From the NCBI RefSeq assembly GCF_006345805.1, contig NW_021831909.1:1-34033 (forward strand): DNA of 34,033 nt, given 5' to 3'. Made by a program: the position numbers and the translations under genes. This DNA is from Octopus sinensis. Its lineage: Eukaryota. Positions 25,906 through 34,033 of the stretch are shown piece by piece (positions within the stretch are counted from its first letter, which is position 1; every line of letters begins with the position of its first letter). The notes beneath the pieces were generated by a model that was not told the origin of the DNA, made no database searches, and worked only from the letters and a program-made list of their open reading frames with translations.

Positions 25906-26253
25906 TATATATATATAATATATATATATATATATTATATATATATATACATATATACGTACATATATATGTGCATATATACATGCATAGGTACACACAC
26001 ACGGAGAAACACGCGTATGTCTGTCTGTAGGAATGTATAAGATTTCTGCCGGAATCTAATTCACGCAAAGTATGCATGAGATATAACATGATTGCATGCA
26101 TGCCATCAGGTTCTATATATAAAATTTTCCTTTTTTTTTTTTGAAAGAGAGATGGGAAACGTGTAGATACATAATACGATGTATAACATTCTATACATAC
26201 ATTGTTTCGATATTTAACATGACATGCGCTTATTTAAGCGCTTGCAGGCATCA

Positions 26254-26290
<37 letters not shown>

Positions 26291-26321
26291 TGTGTGCTTG
26301 TGTGCATGCGTGTGAGTGTAT

Positions 26322-26365
<44 letters not shown>

Positions 26366-26501
26366 TGTCTTGGAATATTTACACTTACCTCCCCGAAATT
26401 TACCAGAATTTACCATATAAAAATGACATTTGAAAAAATCACGTTTCAGTGTATAACTCTTTGGCTTCATGGCCTATTTCGATAGAAAGACAAATACGTA
26501 C

Positions 26502-26715
26502 TCTCTGTGACGCCTGTAACGCGGTCTCCGGTGCCATATCTTTGAATAGGATCTGTGTAAGCGACAGTAGCATGTTCCAAGGATGATAAGAACAAATACC
26601 AAAGCTCCTCCTAGCGTTCCACCGAGGATGTAAATACTGTGAATGTGGTGGGCCCGTGTGCTGTCTCTGAATGAATACGGATGATTCTCCATTGGTTGTG
26701 GGGCAAAGAGGTCGA
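26502..26715 (-). CDS. DNER: Internal coding exon (214 nt, phase 1-2): stalk, transmembrane helix and basic juxtamembrane segment of the DNER-like protein
   Basis: Acceptor gttctttttcccttcag|TC, donor CACAGAGA|gtacgt. Translates to (V)DLFAPQPMENHPYSFRDSTRAHHIHSIYILGGTLGGALVFVLIILGTCYCRLHRSYSKIWHRRPRYRRHR. It contains a ~23-aa hydrophobic helix followed by an Arg-rich stop-transfer segment. The phase matches the EGF exon (G|TC = Val). Lies inside ORF 26474..26734. Confidence 0.92.
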
Positions 26716-26825
26716 CTGAAGGGAAAAAGAACAATACAAAATATTAACATTAACAAATGCATAATCGCCTGATTAAAAAAACAACCAATAATCAAAAATT
26801 GAATATTATGAAACTATAATTATGT

Positions 26826-26971
26826 CGCAGAGGTCGACTTTGCCTTTCATCCTTTCGGGGTCGATTAAATAAGTACCAGTTACGTACTGGGGTCGATGTA
26901 ATCGACTTAATCCTTTTGTCTGTCCTTGTTTGTCCCCTCTATGTTTAGCCCCTTGTGGGCAGTAAAGAAAT
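26826..26971 (+). mobile_element. 5'-truncated SINE family A copy with tail type i
   Basis: Near-identical to the 3' two-thirds of 27951-28183. It lies 110 bp from the TM-exon acceptor. Confidence 0.9.
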
Positions 26972-27044
26972 AAATATTTTGTATCAAAGTTGTGAGTCGA
27001 AGCTTCCCACTCACACACTTTACCCCTCTCTTTCGCTTTGTTTA

Positions 27045-27337
<293 letters not shown>

Positions 27338-27921
27338 CTACCTATATGCTTGTCTGTCTGCCTGCGTGTCTGTCTGTTTGTCTGTTTTCCTTTGTATCTA
27401 TTTATCCTTGTATCGCTATCTCTACTTCATTAAATGACAGATGTGGCGATTTCAACAGAAAGTTATTAAAGAATCGTGTGCATATCGTACAACCACTGCG
27501 GCTTACTTTATACGTAAACTACATTACATCCTGCTGCCTATTTAACCAGTTACATCGCGCTCTGGCTGCTACTTTCATAAGGTCTCACACCATCTATTTT
27601 AAATGGTTGCATGGTACCATTTCTGTGATATGCCTTAAGTTGTGACCACTGCCGCTTCATGCTATTTGCACTACAGAGATTAAAGACTGATACTACTCAT
27701 ACCTATTTGTACTGCACCATTTGTAAAGTACTACTGCAAATAAAGCGATGCTCATAGCAACTAGTCTCATCTTTGAAGAGTACTTCATCAATAATTCCTT
27801 TCATCATCATCATCTATCTGGTCACGTTTTGAAGGCTAAATATTCAAAGAGAAAATCTAATCTAATGATACTGTGCATAACCAAATTTACACAATGGACA
27901 TACTGTTTATAAGTACTCATA

Positions 27922-28294
27922 AGTATAGCTCATTGGTTAGAGCGTCGGACAAGGCGGCGAGCTGGCAGAAACGTTAGCACGCCGGGCGAAATGCGTAGCC
28001 GTATTTCGTCTGTCGTTACGCTGTGAGTTCAAATTCCGCCGAGGTCGACTTTGCCTTTTATCCTTTCGGGGTCGATAAATTAAGTACCAGTTACGCACTA
28101 GGGTCGATGGAATCGACTTAATACCTATGTCTGTCCTTGTTTGTTCCATCTATGTTTAGCCCCTTGTGGGTAATAAAGAAATAGGTTAGAGCGTCGGACT
28201 CACAATCCTGAGATAGTGAGTTCAATTCCCTGACCGGGCTATGTGTTGTGTTCTTGAGCAAGACACTTTATTTCACGCTGCTCCAGCTCACTCA
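27922..28294 (+). mobile_element. Older family C-type tRNA SINE split by the family A insertion
   Basis: Removing the insertion and one TSD copy gives TAGCTCATTGGTTAGAGCGTCGGACTCACAATCCTGAGATAGTGAGTTCAATTCCC...GTGTTCTTGAGCAAGACACTTTATTTCACGCTGCTCCAG, i.e. a tRNA head plus the family C body. Confidence 0.85.
27951..28183 (+). mobile_element. SINE family A, full length (233 bp), with a perfect 16-bp TSD
   Basis: GGTTAGAGCGTCGGAC at 27935-27950 and again at 28184-28199. Internal A-like box TGGCAGAAACG (27963-27973) and B box GAGTTCAAATTCC (28025-28037). Confidence 0.95.
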
Positions 28295-28479
28295 GTTTGT
28301 CTAACAGAATGTGATATTTTCATATAACACGCCATGTATTCTCGGAGCAACGCAGAATTAAGATTTCTTTTGCCCTACGACTAACGCAAAGGAAGCGAAT
28401 TCGAACTCGTCACTTATATAGCTAGATATTTTTTCAACATGTGATCTCTTGAGCACCACCAGCAAAAATATTTTTTTCC

Positions 28480-28655
28480 TCTGTCTTCCCTTCTTGGGAT
28501 CTTTCCTTCTCCTTGTTTCCGACGAAGAGCTCCGCTCGAAACGTTAAACCCTCTTTCCCTTCTTTCCTGAGCGTCCAATAATACTTTAATTGTTCCACGT
28601 CCTCGCGTTGTTTGTTTTTTTTTCTGTGTTTTCTTGTTTGGATTAACTAGATATT
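28480..28655 (+). mobile_element. Penelope-like terminal (pseudo-LTR) fragment containing a hammerhead-type motif
   Basis: CCGACGAAGAGCTCCGCTCGAAACGTT has the CTGANGAAG-stem-CGAAACGT layout typical of PLE termini, followed by a pyrimidine/T-rich 3' end. Boundaries are approximate. Confidence 0.65.
28515..28549 (+). ncRNA. Minimal type I hammerhead ribozyme-like motif (variant core)
   Basis: Stem I GTTT/AAAC; core CCGACGA (consensus CUGANGA); stem II GAGC-tcc-GCTC; GAAAC-GT-T, with a loopless palindromic stem III (AACGTT). Confidence 0.55.
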
Positions 28656-29856
28656 CCAATATCTCGATGGCCTCATCAACTCTACCCTGCAATACTAACG
28701 CCAGGGCTGACAGGAAGACAGGCAAATAAGCGGATAGGGTAAACAGTAACGACGAATATATAATTCTAAACGACCATTTAAAACGACTGAAATCGGAAAT
28801 GATAACAATAATGGTAACGGATAATAAAATATGAATGCTTGGAGGGGAGAAATAAATTATGTGGTGTAAAGTGAAATGTCGATTTTATTGGCCAACATGT
28901 ATCTCCACCGAGACATTGAAAGCAATAAATAATTATGTTTACTTTTATATTATTGTTGTTGTTGTTGTTATTACTATTATTATTATCATTATTATTATTA
29001 TTAATATTATTAATATTAATATTTAATGGTAATACATATATTAATATAATAATAATTATTACTGTATTTATTAATATAACATGAGGATGATGATAATGAT
29101 GATGATGATCATCAACACTTTCAACTTCATCACTCTCATCGTCGTCTTTATCATCATCATCATCGTCATCATCATCATCATCATCAACAACAACAACAAC
29201 AACAACAACATCACCTCCATTTCCCTGGTTCTTATAATCAAAAATATTATTAGCGCTGATATCTGTCGACTGCTGGTTTTAGAAAAAGAAGCGACAATGA
29301 AAAGAATAATTAAAATGGAATTATTAAAAACACATAAATTGATATTTAAAATATTTTCGTGTTGCGAATGTTTCCTGAAACGGTAAATGAAATTAAATGT
29401 TTATTACTATGACAATAAAAACGATATATAACCAGATATCAATGGTATGTAGAAGTCAATGGTGTATGGTGGTCTTGAGTATATAACAACCACTGGTGTT
29501 TTATAATAAATAGCGTTTAGTAGCCTAAGGTATGCAACCACTCGATGGTATACAGGAATAAACATATTCTTTGCCATAACGGACTTAGTTTTGAAGAAAT
29601 AGGTGATTCCGTTAAAGTCTAATGTATCCACTCCTGAACCGTCATTAGGAAGACCAGTTTTCCTTGCATTTTGATGCCTTAGAAATTAGGAGTTTTCTTA
29701 GGTATATTTAAGCTGTTATTCCAGAATATCTTCATTCTTCGTCAGTAGCTCAGTCTAATCAATGATCTGCTACTTCGATACAAAAATAACAATATAAATG
29801 CTAATAATTTTACAATACATATGCTGTTAACATCGTGTTCAAAACCATGCTATTTG

Positions 29857-30055
29857 AAGATGGCGAGCCGGCAGAATCGTTACCGCATCGGGAAACATTC
29901 TTGGCGACATTTTAGTCAAATTCTGCTGAGGTCTACAATGCCTTTAATCCTCTCGGAATCGATAAAATAAGTGCCAGTTGAGCTCTGTGGTAGATGTAAT
30001 CAACATTCAGTCTCCTGCGAAACCGTTGGCCTTGTGCCAAAATTTAAAACCAATA
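29857..30055 (+). mobile_element. Degenerate SINE family A copy with tail type iii
   Basis: Head AAGATGGCGAGCCGGCAGAATCGTTA and tail GGCCTTGTGCCAAAATTTAAAACCAATA. Confidence 0.8.
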
Positions 30056-30099
30056 TTTCACATGCTGTTAAAACAATCATGATGGTTATTTCAATTCAA

Positions 30100-30530
30100 C
30101 ACTTTAGACTAAAAGCATTAAAAGATGATTATACCTGCTTGGTTACCTTCTTGATCTGAGAACAGGTAATTTTATGGAGCCTAGATAAAAGAGCTTCTAA
30201 AAGACCCATTTTCATAGAATCAAGGATACCACTACGTCCTGTACGTGGTCTTCATTTGTTTTAGGCTCTCCAAACTTTCTTACCAGTCATAAGACAGACA
30301 AGTACTCTAAATTACTAGAAAATATGCTCTCAAATTCTAATAAGTTTGACTTTAGCCTGAGCCTCAAGGTTCATGACTGCTACAAATATTTAGACTGCCT
30401 TCTAGGTACTTTCATCAATGATGAACAGTAAAGATTTCATCAAGATACAAAAGCAATGGACGAGAGACACCAGAGAAAATATGATATATACAGCATGGCA
30501 AATTACTGCAACGAGATTATTGAGGTAACT
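30100..30530 (+). mobile_element. Decayed DNA-transposon transposase C-terminus, Chapaev/CMC-like
   Basis: Translates to FYGA*IKELLKDPF, then TWSSFVLGSPNFLTSHKTDKYSKLLENMLSNSNKFDFSLSLKVHDCYKYLDCLLGTFINDEQ*RFHQDTKAMDERHQRKYDIYSMANYC. This matches the recalled motif IFDGPQIR.L.KD..F..AW.SF..V..NFLGNHK..NY..LV..ML..F..LGC.MS.KVH.L.SHLD.FP.NLG..S.EQGERFHQD...ME.RYQG.W...MMADYC. The superfamily assignment is from memory. Confidence 0.8.
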
Positions 30531-30713
30531 CTCTCCCTAGAAAGACTTTAAGTGAAGATTTTAGTGATTCAAATAATTTTCTGTTTTATGTTTTCGGTCA
30601 TATGTTTTATGCTATTTGTTTTTCTTTTTAGTTATTATTACCGTAGATTCTTATGCAGTACACTGTAAGCTTTTGTGATGATAAAAATATGTTGATATTT
30701 TAAGAACATCAAA

Positions 30714-30918
30714 TTTTGGCACAAGGCCAGCAATTTCAGAGAAGGGGTAAGACGATTATTTGAATCTCAGTACTCAACAGGTACATATTTTATCGATCCT
30801 GAAAGTATGAATGGCAAAGTCGTCCGCGACGGAATTTGAACCAGAACATTAAGATGAGTGAAATGCCGCTAAGCATTTTGCCTGATGTGCTAACGATTCT
30901 GCCAGCTCTCCACCTTAA
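30714..30918 (-). mobile_element. Degenerate SINE family A copy with tail type iii
   Basis: TTTTGGCACAAGGCCAGCAATTTC...GGAATTTGAACCAGAAC...GCTAACGATTCTGCCAGCTCTCCACCTT. Confidence 0.82.
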
Positions 30919-31393
30919 GTACGTCTAATAAATAAATTCTGTTATATTTGTACCGAAATAGCAACTCGTTCATTAATCAATTAGAGACCTTAAGGCAAAC
31001 TGATTGTGTATTTAGAGCCTGTTCCCAATGTTTCGTTGATGGGATCGACTGGAACTCTTGTGGTCGCAACCGACGTGATGCCACTAACATACAACATATT
31101 TCCTGGCGTTCACGTATCATATATGATAAACATTTTCAGTTTTTCAAACCAGCAGAGTAACACACAGATTACTCAGAATTTATGAAACAAGGGCAAATTT
31201 ACAGTTTAAAAACAAACAGACGTTTAGGGCACATTTATGAAAATACTTTGGACAAGTTAAATAAATATTATAAACAATAAACGGTTAAATAAATACACAA
31301 GAAATAGCGTAACATTAAAGGGAATGTTATTTTGTAATTAATACGATTTTGAATATAATTTCCAACCAATGGTTTTCAATTTGAGTTCCTCAC

Positions 31394-31528
31394 CTGCAAA
31401 TTGGCATCTCGTTCCGACAAAAGTATCGCTGCAAGCACAATGGTAGCCATTTACTCTGTCATGGCAGACGGCTCCGTTCAAACATGGATGCGAAGCACAA
31501 TCGTTAATATTACGATCACAGCGATGTC
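31394..31528 (-). CDS. DNER: Internal coding exon (135 nt, phase 1-1): calcium-binding EGF-like repeat of a DNER-like type I membrane protein
   Basis: Minus strand: acceptor ttttatttctaattccag|GA, donor GCAG|gtgagg. Translates to (G)HRCDRNINDCASHPCLNGAVCHDRVNGYHCACSDTFVGTRCQFA, with the six-Cys EGF spacing, the N-I-N-D-C calcium-binding consensus and C-x-C-x4-G-x2-C. Absent from the ORF track because it is short. The symbol is tentative (DNER-like) and rests on recalled similarity of the downstream TM exon. Confidence 0.93.
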
Positions 31529-31834
31529 CTGGAATTAGAAATAAAATATATTTAATGTATGTTAAAGTGTGTGTGTGAGTGTGTGTGAAAGTGTGTGTGT
31601 GTGTGTGTGTATCTATGTTCAGTTGTCTGTATGCGTGTGTGTATGTGTAATCGTAGGATATGAATGTAGGTGTAATACAATATACATGTTGTAAACATCG
31701 TGCTCAAAACCTTGCTTATTTTTGTGCAAAATACAAAGCATTTAATAAAAACTGCTTGAGGACATAATGTGTGTGTGTTTGTGTGTGTTTGTGTGTGTAT
31801 GTATAAATATCGTTATGTATATGTATATAGCTAG

Positions 31835-31865
<31 letters not shown>

Positions 31866-31914
31866 TACACAGAGACAGACAGATACAGATAGACAGACAA
31901 ACAGACTGAGAATT

Positions 31915-31992
<78 letters not shown>
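31835..31992. repeat. (GA)n/(GACA)n/(GATA)n compound microsatellite
   Basis: Visible directly. Confidence 0.95.
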
Positions 31993-31994
<2 letters not shown>

Positions 31995-32943
31995 TACGTT
32001 CTTCTACTTGCCTAGCCAGGTCATGCTCGTACGCGAGTGTCACCTTGTAGTTTGTACATCGATTATTTTTTTTAATTGCTTCAAGTGCCTTGATAGTCGC
32101 GTGCAAAGACATACGTACATATATACATATGTACATACATACATACGGGCCCGTAAATTTACCAGATGATTTCAAAGGTTCATAGCATTCGAAGATTTTT
32201 CTAGACAATGATAACAATGTAACTAAATATGCGTTGTCATTATTTCTGTTATCTATTTAAGTACAGTTTCAATAGGCCGAACTAACCGAGCCGATCCGAG
32301 TCATTAAGGAGTCGAATAAAGGGGGGGGTTGTGACTACTTGTACCAGCTGTCTTTGAACCGAATCTAAATACCCGCGACTCCAAATTTTCAGTCACGGTA
32401 CCAGTCCTACTCAAACAATGTTCTCTTCGTACTGTCTACATTTTTGGAAGAAATTAACCATGGTGTGGCTTGAAGAAGGATGGGCTCCTAAGATCAAATT
32501 GGCGAAATCACACTGTCGTGACGGAACAACTACACCCATATAAAGAGTTGGAGTAAGAGGACTAGGCTTATTTTCAAAAATCTCTTTTCAGAGAACCTCA
32601 ACAAGTCCGCAGTGAAGGAGTATACGTTGATTGTTGAAGAATAAAAAGAGGCAACAATACCTCAGAAGAGTCATGCATAGCAAGAACAATATGTAAGATA
32701 TCACAACATTTTTGGTAGCAACTGAATGGATAGAATATAGATCAGAACGACCCATAAGACTCATCGTGAGATGGAGAGTACTGTCAGAATACTCCCAAAG
32801 TAACGCATCAGAAAAACATGATAACCAGATGTAGTTAATTTCAATGACAGGCAAATTTGAAGGCCGAGGTGAAATCTCAAGATAAAAACAGCTTTCAGCG
32901 ATGTTCTCCGGAGCTGGCAATGTTACGGAGGCGGGGAGTAAGT

Positions 32944-33175
32944 GGCCGGCGAACTGGCAGAAACGTTAGCACGCCGGATGAAATGCTTAGCGGTATTTCG
33001 TCTGTCGTTACGTTGTGAGTTCAAATTCCGCCGAGGTTGACTTTGCCTTCCATCCTCTCGGGGTCGATAAATTAAGTACCAGTTCCGCACTGGGGTCGAT
33101 GTAATCGACTTAATACCTATGTCTGTCCTTGTTTGTCCCCTCTATGTTTAGCCCCTTGTGGGTAATAAAGAAATA
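32944..33175 (+). mobile_element. SINE family A, full length, tail type i
   Basis: Near-identical to 27951-28183. Confidence 0.93.
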
Positions 33176-33963
33176 GGTATATGTATCAATGGGAAAAAGG
33201 AGAAACATTGGATATGAAGGAGGGACGGAAATAGTTGATTAAGACCGTTTCTATTTCAAGTCTAATCATGTTATTCAAGCATTGTTGTTCATTTAAATAT
33301 CATTGCGCGGATGAGAATAAGAAAGAAGAAAGTCTGCGATAAAAAATGGAGAGAGAGAGAAACATAGAAAGAGAGAGAAAGAGAGAGCGATGCCATTTGG
33401 AGTTAAAATAATTATTCAATTTCTTAAATGACACAACGTTATTAACTAAGTCAGTGAAACTCTCTTCTATACTTCCCCACCATTGTATCGGATATTCTAG
33501 ACGTTATATATCACAACGTCATTTATCAAAACACCATGTTCATTAATGTTATATAAAATGACGCCTAGCTTGTCGCGTGCAAGCTGTTGATCAATATGTA
33601 TGCTAATGTTTCGTAGATTATTTTGCATAACAGAGCCTCGTATGACTAATTACAACGCAACTTCATTATGATATTGCAACTAGCTGCGTAACGGTGTTAG
33701 ACGTGTGTTCATTCCTTTATTAGGGTTCCAAGTTGTTTTGTGAAGGGCCTAGAAGCTCAGCACCCGGGTAGTATATAGTCTATTCGTCCTTAAATTTGTC
33801 TATGAATTGTATTAAGTAAAATATGATCCACCAATTCTGAATTTAAAACAGTAACGTAGCAGATCCTCATACATTTATATTTATGCAGTGTACCCACTTG
33901 ATCTTAAACTTGATAGTTCTATTAAACTTCTCGCATATGGTAAAGGCCTTGGTGCTATCATAG

Positions 33964-34029
<66 letters not shown>

Positions 34030-34033
34030 TAGA

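Overview
AT-rich, microsatellite-dense eukaryotic genomic DNA. The SINE families and repeat make-up look like an octopus (coleoid cephalopod); this is recalled from memory, not from a database search. The only protein-coding signal I can support is three minus-strand exons (31528-31394, 26715-26502, 17154-16917) with canonical splice sites and matching phases (1, 1, 2). They splice into the C-terminal 195 aa of a type I membrane protein: a calcium-binding EGF repeat, a stalk, a TM helix and a 99-aa tail. The TM and tail resemble vertebrate DNER (Delta/Notch-like EGF-related receptor). The 5' exons lie beyond the right edge. The rest is intronic or downstream DNA containing about 20 copies or fragments of at least four tRNA-derived SINE families, decayed L1/Tx1, Penelope-like and Chapaev/CMC-like remnants, and many simple repeats, which generate most of the long ORFs in the supplied track. 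The most notable items are the DNER-like gene, a minimal hammerhead-ribozyme motif in a Penelope-type terminal repeat (28515-28549), a 173-bp near-perfect fold-back about 1.9 kb past the stop codon, and a SINE nested in another SINE's tRNA head with a perfect 16-bp target-site duplication. I see no clearly new multi-gene system, and no rRNA, true tRNA or CRISPR array.
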